Both the position numbers and the translations under genes were made by a program. Positions 39,049 through 52,315 of a stretch of DNA of 64,000 bases are shown here, one piece after another. Numbering within the stretch: position 1 is the stretch's first letter; each line of letters begins with the position of its first letter. Source of the DNA: Leidyana gryllorum EB-2025a (taxonomy: Eukaryota; Protista; Apicomplexa); assembly GCA_048772705.1 (NCBI GenBank), contig JBLWGC010000021.1, positions 18,081 through 82,080 of the forward strand, read 5' to 3'. Under the pieces are notes generated by a model. It searched no databases. It was not told the DNA's origin and saw nothing but the letters and a program-made list of their open reading frames with translations.

Positions 39049-40392
39049 ATGCTGCTCCAATTCAGTGTGGTGGCCTTCGTGTCCGGCGATCGAGAGCTAG
39101 GTGTGGTGGGAAGCCACCCCGCTATCGGCGGATGGGACCCGCGGAAGGCTGTCCCTTTGCGACCCTACCGAGGTGGCACTCTTGGATTCACCTCAGGAAC
39201 CACAAACATCCCCAAATCAGTCAGCCTCAGCGGTCGAGAGATCTCAGACAGCTGTCCGACGTTCTTTTGCGGCTTCGCCGAATTACCCGACGTCCAGTAC
39301 GTGCCCCAACAACCGTTGGAACCCGGCGCACAGCCGCAAGATGTGCGCTTCACCACTACTCTGAGCGCCCCCATCCAGTACAAATACATCACTTGGAGGA
39401 AACGAGGACGTACCAGTGCTGCTACTACACGTGAGGCCGACCACTTCCCTCTCCCGCCCATCCCTGGAGCCACGCATCTGACTCCCGACGGCTTTCTCTA
39501 TACCTCCGCGGAACTCTCGCTGCAGGACCCTGAGATTGTTGAGCCTAATGAGTCCGAAAAACCGGAAGACTTGGTGACATCGGATATCTTGTGGGAAGGA
39601 CGAGGACCATCCGAGAACCGCTACTTGTACGTAATAGGTGGGGATTTTGGGACGGCAGAGTCCGAAGCGGACTCCGCCGGTCTGCGGCACGTAATGCGCG
39701 GACAACACCTCGTCATTGGCAAGGCAAGGACTTATTACGCCTTGCCGCCCGCTGACTTCATTATGCCCTACCACGATCTCACCGAACAGCGCTCTGAACT
39801 AACACACACCACACGTTACTACCAGCGCGTCAAGGAACTGCGAACAATTCACTTCAACTACATACTGCCTCGACTTTACGCGGGAACCTGTCCAAGACGG
39901 CTCGAACACGTCGACCTGCTGCGCGACGTCTACGGAGTTGGAGCCGTTTTCAATTTCCAAAGTCTTGAGGACTTGCAGAACAATTGGATCAACAATGCAG
40001 ATCCAGTACATGAGCGAAACCCGCTCACTCTGCACGCTATCTACAGCCAAAAGGAAGTCCAGCTCATTCATATTCCCACTACAGATATGTGCACTGAAGC
40101 GCGCGCAGGAATGATGGCGCAGGCCGCTTGGCTACTGGCCGGCTTTCTGGTAGCCAACCCAGACAAAAACGTCTACGTTCACTGCAACGCTGGCGTCGGA
40201 AGAGCCATCGCAGGTTGCTGTGCCTTCCTCCACTTCACGCTCGGAATGAGTGAAGAACAAGCAAAACTTCTCGTGCGAAGACAGCGTCCTGTTGCTTACA
40301 TCGATACATTAGCAATCCGATCAGGGAAGAAGGACTTCGATAAGAAGTTTGCTAAAGCGACTCTATGCCTGCCTCTTGTGGATTTCAAATAA
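39049..40392 (+). CDS. EPM2A: Laforin-like glucan phosphatase (CBM20 + dual-specificity phosphatase), intronless
   Basis: CBM20 elements VVGSHPAIGGWDPRKAVPL, YKYI and WEGRGPSENR; DSP region HFNYILPRLYAGTCPR, PTTDMCTEAR and catalytic VYVHCNAGVGRA. Confidence 0.92.
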   Translation: MLLQFSVVAFVSGDRELGVVGSHPAIGGWDPRKAVPLRPYRGGTLGFTSGTTNIPKSVSLSGREISDSCPTFFCGFAELPDVQYVPQQPLEPGAQPQDVRFTTTLSAPIQYKYITWRKRGRTSAATTREADHFPLPPIPGATHLTPDGFLYTSAELSLQDPEIVEPNESEKPEDLVTSDILWEGRGPSENRYLYVIGGDFGTAESEADSAGLRHVMRGQHLVIGKARTYYALPPADFIMPYHDLTEQRSELTHTTRYYQRVKELRTIHFNYILPRLYAGTCPRRLEHVDLLRDVYGVGAVFNFQSLEDLQNNWINNADPVHERNPLTLHAIYSQKEVQLIHIPTTDMCTEARAGMMAQAAWLLAGFLVANPDKNVYVHCNAGVGRAIAGCCAFLHFTLGMSEEQAKLLVRRQRPVAYIDTLAIRSGKKDFDKKFAKATLCLPLVDFK

Positions 40393-40935
40393 ACATCCGC
40401 GTGTGTCCATGGTGTGTTGCACTGGAGACACACAACAATGCCCATCGCTGGGGTAGCGAGTTGTGCTTCGTTACTTGCGGAAGCGTGCCCGCCCATCTCC
40501 AACAACCATCCGACGGCAATCAATAGGAGGCATCCGATCGAATCAGTACATTCATTCCGCAGGGTACGTCAGCCATACCATGTCCACCTCCAAGCCCCAA
40601 GTCCGCATCGGGAACCCACCGGAAGGCACAGAACAGGTCTCATCTTGCCCTCTTTGAGTCGTTCAACTAGACTTGTGGCTTTGACAGCGTGTGGTGTCTG
40701 TGTGTACGCGTGTGACTAGTTTGATAGACCTCCAATACTCTATTCCTTTTCAGGGTCACTTTCATAATACTAGGGCAATGGGGATCCAAACACCAATTGT
40801 CCTTCGCGAAGAACATCTCCGCAAGAAAATTGAAGTAGGCAGTGTTTAGCTCTCTGATTTGAAGTCTTGTGACAGGAAGCAACAGGACTTCCTTTTGAGA
40901 GCTCTCCTTCGCAGACAGTCAAACCAACTGTCTCG

Positions 40936-43900
40936 ATGCCGGAAACGATACCTCAAGAGCCATGGTGTTCACAAGTAGGGGTAACACATCGCGGCACGTC
41001 CAACCACATGATCTCTGTGCAGAATGAGACCAATCGATCTAGATGGGGAGCTGCGTCAGGGAGTGATGAGAGGCAGGAGACCGAGGTAAGCACGCAGTAC
41101 CCCTTCTACGCACAAAGCAATCTAACTCCTCAGAGTGCTATCAGGCTCATGTATGAACGTCTAAGGCGTTTCCTTCAGCGTCGAGAACAAGCAGACCCGC
41201 AGCTCCTGACCCGGGCCCGTCAAGAAGTCGCGGAAGCGGGACAGGGAGCAAGTACGTCCAGAGGCACGTCGGCAATCCCGCCCTTGGAGCACAGAGACGC
41301 ACCACAAAGTGTCGCCAACTACGCCAAAGTTGTGTCTGGGATGATAGATATGGTGACCTATCTTGTGGAGTTCGAAGCGGCTTCCAAACAAGAACTAGAG
41401 GGAACGCCGGACACCTCGCCATTGCGTCCCGGTCAGGCAAGTGGCGCCGGCGGCTGTGGAGGAAAGTTTGAATCGGAGAAGAAAGCTCTGGAGAGCGTAA
41501 TCAAGGAGCAGAAGCAAAGTCTCGCTGACAAGGAAACGGCGATCAATGAAACACGGATGCAAGTCTCTAAACTTTCACTAGAGCTGGAGAAAATGCGATA
41601 TCAAATGGAACATCAGCGGAATATGATGTCCAAGTATAAGGAGAGATGTGACGAACTGGAGAAGCAGAAGTCCAAGCAAGATAAGAATCAAGACTCTGAC
41701 TGGCTCAGAAACCGTATATTCAATGAGATTAAGAAGCAAGAGGAGTTGAGTGCCGAGATTAAACTCAGAGACTTGGAGTTGGCTACAAAGAATGAGGAAG
41801 TGCACAAGATAACGGAGGCGATTACAAATCGGAATGAGAAGATTAAGGGGCTTATGGAGCAAGTTGATCAACTTGAAGAAACTTTGGATTCAATTACCAC
41901 CATCACCAAGCACCCGCTGGACCCTTACTCATCTCGAAACTTGCTCCTCGAGAGGATTCCTTGCGCACAATCACCTACATATGAGATTTCGCCAGAGGAC
42001 GACCAGGTTGAGGTAGCTGAAGCCGTAGCCGAGGGGAAAGCATCGGCATTGAAATTATTGGATGGGAATGTGCGTGCCATAGTGGCTCAATGGCCCGGAT
42101 TGTTGGCTGATCCGCCCTTCGAGCGTGAGGAGCTTCGGGGAGTTATTGGATTTTATTACCCTTCTGGACGCGCGCCACCTCGCGACTGGTACCTTCACGA
42201 GATCCATCAGATCACTCGAGGACAAGGAACTCGAATGCCACGCGAGCTGGGTTGTCGAATCGGTAACGAGCGTCATGAGCCATACAGACTTATGTTGGAT
42301 GACTTACGGGCCGCGCTGACTAGGGATCCTTCAGCGCCTACACGCACCCCTCCGCGTCGCGATAGAGGTCTTGATGAGGACGAGGAGATGAATAGTGGAG
42401 ATCGCTTATATATGGTATCTGGATCACGTAGTGTGTCCCCAGAGGTCAAGAACAAACGCCCAGCCGATTCACAAGCTGTTCCGAGATCAATCGACACCAC
42501 TGATCCGCTTCCACGCGACTTTGTTCAAGACCAAATGGACCAGCTCGCACAAGAGAGAGAGCGCCGCATCAGAGCTCGCCGTGCGCTGCATGTGGTGCTT
42601 CCTCGCGACCTCCCCGTAAGTGTTTGTCTCATGCATGGTACTCTAGTGTGTTTGATCTCAACTGCTCTAATTTCACTTCTTCGCTCTCTATTGTCTCATT
42701 CGCTATATCCTATGCTCCACCCGTATGCGGTATTGTCTGCGTTCTCATGGATCCCTCCCACCCTCTGGAAAGTGCGTCACATCATCCCCCTTTGGGAGAC
42801 TTGTCATCATTGCTTCTTTGATCAAACAGAAAATACACCGACTTCGTCAAGCCGAAGGACGGGATCGGAGCGAGGCAGAAACTCAATCTGTGGAGGAACT
42901 TGCGCAGAGCAGAGTTGAGAGACAACAAGAGTTGGCGAGGAAGATCGTGACCGCTCGCCAAGCTATCCGCGAGGGCACAACATTCCGAAGAGCTAGTGTG
43001 GAGCGGTTGCACCCACGTTCTCCTCCAGTAGTCGACGAAGGCGACCAAGCTGAAGAAGCACTTCCTGGGGAGTCGGGTTATGACACGGCGTCAGAACTCG
43101 CACCAGGTGACCGTCGTCATGGCACGGAGGGGTACCTCCGCGAGCCTGAAGGAACTGAAGAAGAGATCAGCGAAAGAGACGAGGAGGACGAGGAGGCTGA
43201 TGATGAGAATGACGATGATGAGGGAGGCAACAGGAAACGCAAGCGCCCTGTAAAGGCGGAGAATGAAATCACTCCCAGCCCTGAACACTTCCAAGCCCGT
43301 CAGCGCGATCTCTACCTCAGACATCAGCAAAGTGCAGAGTTACGCAACCAGAACTGGCAAGGGGCAGAACAAGGCAGCATCGAGTGGCGATCGCAAGCCC
43401 ACGGGGAGGAAGAACACGCTTCCCTGGATGCAGACAGTACCACAGCGGTCGGAAGGCCTCGGTCGAAGTTTCCACACCTTGGATTTGCTCACACGCAGCC
43501 GCGTACACACCACCTGCTGGCACGTGATCGACCATTGGAAGCTCACCGATTACCTGCCAGCCAGGAAGCAGGGATGGGGCTCAATGATTTGGAGGAGTAC
43601 AACTTCTTACAAACCCAGCTCAATAACTCTCCTCCCGAGTCTCGTCCTCCTCGTCCCGAAAAGAGCGCTCCTGTTGCCGAGGCACGGAGTGCACAACATG
43701 GGTCTGGCCGGCACGCCAGGTACTACCTCAATCCTGCAAAAGACATGGATCGCGGTGAAGTAGAAGCAAATACATATGAGATCTTGGAAGCGACCAAGCG
43801 TAATCTCTATACTCAATACCCTCCGCCTCTTCGTTCCCTTGATCCTGGTCCTGAGGCACCGATGACACGGAAGGAACTCCACAACCGCGGGCAGCACACC

Positions 43901-44236
43901 GACGTCAAGCCTTCAGCCACTCCTCCGCGCAATCCCTACACTAGACCTGTGTACGCCCCAGAAAGCGAGCTGGTGACCAATCCACCCACCCCGGTGCTTC
44001 TTGGGCATCAGGAACCGGCACGGCTTATCGTGAGCAACGCCATGGTCGCCGCTGAGGCCCCCCCAGGCACACCGCCAGACCGCGTCGGGAAGGGGGCACT
44101 GAAGGCAACAGGTGGAGTGGCCAAGGATATGGTGCGCGCCCTGCTGGAGACCCAAGATATAGCCACTGCGGTATGGATCATCCTTGATGCAAACCTCCGG
44201 CTCACAGCTAATCCGACCACTTGCCTTTGCAGCTGA
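40936..44236 (+). CDS. Large coiled-coil / low-complexity hypothetical protein (multi-exon; probably starts upstream at ~40580-40774)
   Basis: ORFs 40936-42918 and 42725-44236 are linked by intron-like sequence from ~42616. A phase-0 exon at 40774-40834 splices in frame. Long heptad region at aa ~175-320. Confidence 0.6.
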
Positions 44237-44320
44237 CACGCTGCATTATCTCCACTCTTATCTCTGTGCACTTTACCCTCTGCTGTGCTCACTATTTCCC
44301 ACTTTCTTCTTTTCATCGTC

Positions 44321-47300
44321 ATGCACGTTCAATTCTTTCAGATCGACTCTGCTTCCTTCGAGCAGCCCGAAGAATCAATTCCCCCTCAGCAAGCGGCCGC
44401 TTCAGGTCAACATATCACAAAGGTGCGTTTCAGATCTACCCCAGAGATTTTCTTCCACTCCCGGAACTCTACTCCCAACTCCCATCCCCATACTCCCTCT
44501 TCTAATGCCGATTCCCCCTGTGGTACGAGTATTCCACAAAGAAGTGGGGTCATGCATTGGCTTAACAAAGCACTTTGGCTGGTTGGGGTCCGATCGCCCC
44601 GCACATCGACACAAGATCAGCAAGACGCTGATGATGTTGGATCAGAAACCTCGAGGACAGAAGGTACAGAGTTGGAGTCGGAGCAGCAAACCCGAATGGA
44701 CGATATGGAGTCTGCTACACCAAAGTTGCGCAAAAAGAATCCACCAGACAACCCAGTGGATCCACAGAGCCCTGTCACTCCGGCCAAGCAGAAACGAAAA
44801 TTGCGATCCAGTCTTGACACTCGTGCTTATCAAGCGAAAAGACGTAGGACTAGAAGTCAGGGTACTGTTGACTCCGAACCTGAGGGAGTCAAGACGGTGG
44901 GCGAGTCTTCCAATCCCATGTCGGCGGAGCTGAAGAGTCCCCGAAACGCGGCGCGTCGAAAAGGTACCCCAGATCGTGATGAAGACATTTCTGAACCCCT
45001 GGTGGAGATCCAATCTGAAGGCCAGGATGTCTTTTATGTCCCTGCTGTTCATAATCAGGGTGAACAGATCCTATTGGAGCCCGGCATTGTTACTATTGTG
45101 GATCAAACACCCATAGACGATAAGTCGGAGTCGCTGCATCGTCCTCTCACCCGGCATCAGTCGGCAGACTTGGGAATAGTCCTTAGTGAAGTCCCTGCTA
45201 GCGAAGTTGTTGAAGTATTGGGACGAGCTCAAGCATCTTCCCCGACAAAGGGATCGATGAGTGGGGATCAAATGGTCGATGCCGAGTCCACAAATGTTGT
45301 CCCTCATGATTTGGAAGAGATTACTGCGAATTTCAAGGAAACCACGGAGAAGCTCGCACGTGTCAGCCTGAACGTACTGGAGGTTTCTAGTCAGCTTGGC
45401 CAGGCGGCTAAACGGATGTCGCAATCCGGGGGTACAAGAAAGTCGAATTCGGATGACATCCCGCAGGAAACGATGCTGGCGATAGAAGATGCTCGCGTGG
45501 AATTGTCTGCAGTTGTGAATGAGGCTGCTGAACTGCCGAAGGCGTCGCGTGCTTTGAGAGAGAATGTTACACTCCTGATCGAAGATCATAGTGTTCTACG
45601 GGATCCCGACAACGTGTTGAACACTGTGGACAGCCATTTGCGCGAAACGAACACTATTCTGAACGACTTGGCGACGAGGGTGCTCGAAATTTCCAAAGTT
45701 GAAAAGCGAGTGTCCAAGGCCAAACCGAATATGGGAACTCGTCTGTCACAAGCGGCCGAGACCTTGGAGCAAGCTACCATGACCCTCATGGAGACTACTG
45801 CAGATCTATCCAATGTTGCTTATACAATGGCAGACACTCGTGAAAAGCTTTGGCAAAGAGGAGAAGATCGCCGTTTACACCAGAGTGCTCGACAAATGCA
45901 CAAGTCAGCGTCTCGCTCCCGGCCTCCTAAACGTATGACAGTGCCTGTGCCACCACGCGCTTCGAGACGAACAACTCGGAGCCAGTCTGGGGAGCTTGCT
46001 CACGGCGACAACTCTCCTGCTACTCCATCACTTACAATGGGGAGCAGTGACCGTGGGCGCCGACGATCTCTACCCACGTTCTATAATTATACCACATCAG
46101 GGTCGGTTGCGGATGAATCGTCGCCTGACGCTTCCCCTGCGAGTCCACTTCGAGGACGTGGAGAAGACGTTGACAATCTCAGTCGACCCGCCAGAGATGT
46201 GATGACACGACGAAGCTCGAGAATCAGCTGGAGAAGTTTACCCCCCACCCCCCTAACAAACGCCTTCAACACGCCCCCATCAATCCTTTCCCCTTACACA
46301 CAATCGTTTCCCACTTCGCCCAAATCATCATTACAGGTGGAAGAGACGGAAATAGAGGATGAGGAATCTGTTGAGACAGGAGGCGCACGTCAGAGTGGAA
46401 CAGAGGGTGCCGGCGAGCGAGGCCAAAGTGAGAAGGCAGGAGCGGATAGTGCTCACGAGGCGGATGGAGAAGAATCCTCGAGGGCGGCCAAGGCACCCAA
46501 TAAGCGATTGCGGTCGGCTCCGAAGAAATCATCGAGTGCTAATATGGGGACAAAGAAGGCGCGCAAGAACGTTCCTGTATCCTCTGCGACTCAGCCAGAG
46601 GCGACAGTCGCACCGCCACCCGATGCAAATACTACAGGTCACGTCACTCGCGCACGTGCGGCCGCAACTGCCACGAAGACCACCAATCAAGACGACAATC
46701 CTCCCGCCAGTCCTGTTGCGGTAGGTAAAGGAAAAAGCAAAGCTTTAGGGCGGAGAAAGAAAGGATCCGACGATGAGAGCACGGGGGCGCAAGCTAGCGG
46801 GGTTGCAGCTCCAATGCCTCCGGGCCCCCCACCCGCCAGATCTGGTCGAGTGGGGAGGAAGGGCTCGGCTTCGAGTCAGAAAGAGGCACAGGAAGTGAGC
46901 GAGCCGCACTCAGAAGAGGTTGCTACCAAGGCTGTCGTGAAGCGGAGAGGGCGCAAAGGATCAGCGGAGAAGGACGCCGGAGTGACCGAGGCCATAGTCA
47001 GCGAAGCAAGTGCTGAGCCCCCATCAGCAGCAACCGAGCCAGCCACTTCCAAGACGGCGACAGGTGGTGCAACTCGGGTAACAAGAGCCCGGCAGACGCG
47101 GAAAGCTTCTCAGCAAGAGAGCGAAGCGGAGCCGATATCCGCTACGATTGAGCCTGTGTCTGAAGCCACAGCCCCTGCCGTGAAAGCTGGAGCCAAGGCG
47201 ACAGCTGGCCGACGGGGGAGGAAGGCGTCTGCTGAGAATGTTGGAGAATCGGAGACCGAGCCCAAATCAGAAGCAGTGCCACCAGCCCCGGCAAAAGCGG

Positions 47301-47780
47301 TGTCGAAAGGTACCACACGCAGAGGTGGAAAGAAGGCGGCTGGAGGCGAAGCGACTGGTAAGGGTTCCATGGGGAAATATGCTGGATGACTAACGTTGCG
47401 TAACAGTTGGTGAAGAGCCAGCTGTTGTCGCTGCGACGAAAGGTGCTGGAGGGAAGTCTCGAACCGTGGGACGGAAAGGATCAGCAGCGTCAGATCATAA
47501 GAGTGTTGCTGAGTCGGATGCGTCTGCTGGCGCTAACGTGTCGGTGGCTGCTCCTAAGACGGTGGTCCGGAAGGCAAGTTCGAGTGCCCGAGCAAAGGCG
47601 TCTGCGTCAACACAGCCGGAGGCGGTGGATACTGACGAATCTTCGAAACGTGCTTCTCGGAGTCAAGGTCGAGGGGCAGGCGCAGGCGCGGTTACGAGTG
47701 CTGGTGAGGAGTCAAGTTCCAAGGCAGACGCGGGTCCTGCCAAGAAGTCACGACCGAAGAGAGTAGTATCGAAGAAGTGA
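44321..47780 (+). CDS. Large Ser/Ala/Lys/Arg-rich intrinsically disordered protein with a central helical bundle
   Basis: 1034-aa ORF plus a final exon after intron ~47359-47406; repeated (G)R(R/K)GRK(G/A)S motifs. May be joined to the upstream gene. Confidence 0.65.
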
Positions 47781-48029
47781 GTGGTACGATGCGAGAAGTC
47801 TGTTCTTCGTATGTGGGAAGGGTGAAGTCCTTCTCTAATTTTCGAATTTCAACGGGTGGTGGCTGGTGCTTTTGGGTGGCATCCATTTGTTTGAATGAAT
47901 GTTTGAATGAATTTACGCTTTGATATGAACCATTTACCGCTCGCTATTCCCTATTTTTTGATTTCTGTGATTGTTGAAGAAGTTTGGTGTAAATGAGATA
48001 TACCGAATGAGTGGGGGCAACAACTGTTC

Positions 48030-51000
48030 TCATTTGAATACCGTGATGAGATCTGTTTCCCAGGACTCTCGGAGGCTCTCGAAGCCGACGTCAAGTTGGA
48101 TAGAATTGATGACGGTGACATCATCGTCGCTTTTGACAACTTCGAGTTGTCCATGCATGGTGATGAGAGTATTGTGAGAAGTGACAGAAACAGGTCCACC
48201 TCTGTTACGGAGAATAGCTTTGAGTTCGCATTGAGTCTTGGACCGATTTGCACTAAAGAGGAGGAGGCCGAAAGTGATACATAGGAAGCCGAAGCAAGGG
48301 AAAGCCTCTGAGACATGAGGTTCAGGTGTATTGGTGGTAGAGTGTAGTTGTACTTGCACAGGTGGATATCTGTGCATACTTCCGCGGCTTGACCTTGGGG
48401 TTTGATGAGAACTCATTGGGCTGAAAGCAGGGCTTTGCTCAATGGGCGTATTGATGGGAGTTAGCCAGCGTTTGATACGGTTGAAAACGAGGTAGCTGGG
48501 AGATCTGACGCAGCAGAGGAGTGGCCAGCCCTCGGTTGGGTCGGGTATGTTGTGCCAGTTGGGGAGGTGTGCTGGGACACCAGGCCTTCTTGGCGGGAGA
48601 GGGGGGAAGTCGGGAGCGGCGAGATTAGCAATGTGTAACATATACCGCGATGTACCCCATTTGGGCCTGGCGCGAGGTTGCGGTTGGTTGTAACGAACAT
48701 GCAGTGGTCCCCATTTGACGAGTCTGGCGATTTCGATCGCTTCGGACTCTGGGGCATCGGCGAGTCTTCCGACCTCAGCGAGGACAAAGGGGATGACAAA
48801 GTCGCGGAAGTCATCGGAGCTCATTTCAACTGCCCAATCGGCCCCATCAAGGGAGGAGGAGGCGGGGCTGCTCTCCTGTTGATCTTCATCGTCATCAATT
48901 TCTTCTTGGGCATTATCGTCGTTGCCATCATTACTGGAAGGATGAGGTTGATTTGCGTCTTCATCACTTGGTGATTCGTTTTCCACTTCGTGTTGGGGTG
49001 TTTGACTCTGAATAGCATCTGTGGGCGATGACACTGAGACGGCAGCGGCACGAGTGTCGAATGGCTGGAACAAAGAGGGACCCTCAGCACCATTTGGTGT
49101 TACTCGTGGGAGTCCATCGTCACTTTTCTCGCTGCTTTCAGCGAAGCTAACCTTGTAATGCGGGCCCTTGGCGGCATCCCGCGACGGAACTTCCAATGCT
49201 TGTCGACTGTGAGACTGAGTGAACTGAGCATCTTCACTCATAGTTCGATCACGTTTGATTGGGGGAGCGGGACGGACCCCAACATCAGGCCGCCTCATCA
49301 ACGGAGCGCTGTTATTGGTGTCCGCCTCTTGACGGAACTCCAGATTGCTCAACTTTCGCACATGACCGATCAGAACCGAAGGTATCGCATTTGGCGGGGC
49401 GCGTAACGGACTCGTAGTAACCCGACTGCCGGTGTTTCCGGCAGCTGTTTCTTCACTGAGCCGTGCACGTGACCCTGAAGCCCCCGCCGACTGCCAGGAT
49501 CTCGATAAAGGAGGCCGGCCAGCCGCCGGTCGGTTCAGGAGGGTAGCAGGATTGGGACCAGTAAAAAGTCGAGGGGGAGCTCGATCGCCATTTGCACGCC
49601 GGATTTGTTGATCATCAGCGTGCCAGCTATCCCGACCATGTGAAGAAGTCCCTCCCTCCTCTTTCACACAACCTTCACCTCCCGAATCGTCCTCTCCCGA
49701 CGATCCGCCGCCTCCTCCCCCTAATCCCGATACACTTTCTTGACGATTCCATGCCTTCATGGCGCGATTCAAAGGTGTCGACGTGAACTCTGCCTCGGAT
49801 CCAATTCTGTGAGGGTCCAAAGACCCCGAATCCTCCCCTCCTCCGCTGCTGGCGATAGCCTGGCCTTGGAAACATTGGCCTACACGTCAACAACTCATAC
49901 ACTATTTTCACCAAACTTGGATATATATACCTGGCTCAGGAGTGAACTCCAACACAGAGGCAGTCACTTGCGACGTCTTCTGATTCGATCCTTGGAGCTC
50001 CGCCGCTCGCAAGAGATTCTCTGTTCACCAAGAAAGGCACGCGTTGGATCGGCACACATCCACTTGTTCCTCACTCAGAATTTCGGCAGGGTTCAGGGGT
50101 TCCACCGACCGTCGTGTCGAATAACCAGAAAGGAAGGGGTGGTTTAGCAGATCATTGTAGTCTGCTGGGAGTACCTCCAGTCGCCGTGCTGGATTTGGGT
50201 CCAGCAGCTTCAGACACAAATCCCGGGCTAAGGGGCCGATAGACTGCGGGTATGTGACTTCAATGCAGCCTTCAACTCACCGAAGGGAACTCCAATACTG
50301 TGGAGGCGGTGCCCGAGCCATTTCCGCTTGCAGCGTGTTTATGGGCATAGCGGATGATGCGCTCTGCAGTCGCCTCCGATGTAGCACGTAGGAACGGGTT
50401 GCGACCCGTGAACATCTCGTACATTATACAACCCAATGACCTACGGACCGCATATTGTTCCTCTACTCGGCCTAAAGACACCGCAAGCACACGTGTGTGC
50501 GAGCGAGCGCGAGTGATAGATCAGCAGGTCATGTAGACTTTGCATCGTCGGGAAGTACGAGTGAGGATTTACGAAAGGGCGACATGGCACTACCAGCCAG
50601 ACACGACGTACCAGAGATCCAATTCAATGCCCGGGCAATGGTGAGAGTCCATCGTACTCGTGGCCGGAGCTGTGTTCGAGAGGAAGTTGGGAGCACGAGT
50701 CGTTGGTGAAGTGCGTGCGATGTACAGGACGACCCGCTCCGGAGCCCACCAAGGAATGGTGCCCCCAAAGTCCTGTTCCAGGCCGCGAGAACTGTTTGAA
50801 TTGTCTGACCCAGACGATGAACCTCGTAGACGATACACATGCGCCTTGCCATCTATGGAGGCGTTGTTGAAGTCAGTGACTCGAATGTGGCCGTCAGCCA
50901 GGAGGATGTTGTCCGGCTGTTGAGTATTGTTGAGTTTGAGAGTATGTATGACCGACCTTGAGGTCCCGATGGACGATACGTTCCTGATTGAGTGTCCAGA

Positions 51001-51758
51001 CGACCAGGAGGAGTTCGCTCATCCATAAGCGGACGAGATCGAGTGGGACGACAGGACAGGGTTGGAAGGCTGATAATCGTTCAATTACTTTGGTGAGGGT
51101 GCCTCCCTTGACAAGTTCGAAGGCGTAGTACAAGAAGGCCTCATCCTGGAAGGAAGCGAATAGTTTGACAATGTATGGGTTTCGTTTGATGGCTGGTCGC
51201 AGATGAACATTAACCTCATCTCGCACCATCTTGACGAGCGTAGCCGAATGGAGCAACTTTGATTTCTTGACAACTTTGACGGCTACTTCATCGCCAGTGT
51301 CAATTCGAGTTGCTTCATATACTTTGCCCAAACTGCCTTCGCCGATGAGGGAGTGGAATTCGTAGTCTGATCGACTTCGGCCTCTGTGGGACAAATCGAT
51401 CTGATCATTCAATCACCCTTACTGTCGGCGATTGAGTGACGGTTGCTAATGACAGCGTCAGTGCGGCTTTGCGACAGGGACGGTAACGTACGGAATTACG
51501 GGGTTGATTGTCATTATCGTCGAATTGACCGCCGCCGCCTCTGGTAGTGGTGGTTTTGGTGATGGAGGAGCTCCTATCCGAGGTGGTGTCAAAGTCGCGG
51601 TCTGTGGGTGTGCCGATTGATCCTCGAGAGGAGGCCCGGATCGGTGGTTCGTTGACTGCAGAGACTTCTTCGTCGTCTTCGTAGGAGTGGAACTCTTCCT
51701 CCGACTCGGTGGTGTGCTCCTCGGGCTCACCCAAAACCCTCAAGAGCCTCCCAATCAT
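48030..51758 (-). CDS. Atypical PDK1-like AGC kinase, paralogue A (multi-exon) with a PH-like C-terminus
   Basis: IGEGSLGKV, VAVK, IVKLFASFQDE, HRDLK|PDN, DFN, GTIPWWAPE, SLGCIMYEM.TGRNPF, LLDPNPARRL; long C-terminal exon 48030-49820. Confidence 0.85.
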
Positions 51759-51829
51759 TTTTTTCCTAGGCTCGCTCCCAAAAGCTTGAAGCAGGACTAC
51801 TGGCTTCGGTGGAAGGGCTAAGGAGGTGG

Positions 51830-52285
51830 TCAGCCGGCGGAGATGGGGAGGGTGCCCATAGGTGGTGTTGGGGAACTGCAAATGTGTGTGAGAAACTTGC
51901 GGTTTGTGCACCCACGTCCGAGTCGGGATATCCAAGGGGGGTTCTTATCGATCAGTGCCTTCAAAAGCGCTTCATCGTCCTGATCGAGTGGTCCCAAGTC
52001 CCCTTCGCTAGTTGTTGCAACGTGACGTGCGGCACGATGCCACGTCTCCTTGGAGTCCCATACAGATGGTGGAAGCTCATCTTCCATGTGCTGAATCTGC
52101 TGTTCTGTGGCACGTAAACTCTCCTCCAAAATATGCTGCGAACCAGTCAGTCAGTCAGTTAGTGATTGTGTCAATCATACTTTCATTCTGAGCATCTCGC
52201 GGACGGTCGGAGAGTATCTGTCACTGATTGGGGATTCATCAGTGGTGGAGAGTGTGGCCCCGGTACGGGCACGTTTGGAGTGCAT
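51830..52285 (-). CDS. Small two-exon protein, possibly Eaf6/MEAF6-like (NuA4 subunit)
   Basis: The spliced product contains VREMLRMK|HILEESLRATEQQIQHMEDEL, resembling the Eaf6 helix 'L.ELL.RK..L.E.L..LE.QI...E..YL'. Confidence 0.45.
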
Positions 52286-52315
52286 AAATATTTCGGTGAA
52301 TTCCATTGTCAAGGT

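Noticed and set aside
40936-47780. Possible retrotransposon or virus-derived long ORFs
   Set aside because: No gag zinc knuckle, protease, RT, integrase or terminal repeats were seen; the composition is coiled-coil or disordered and introns are present.
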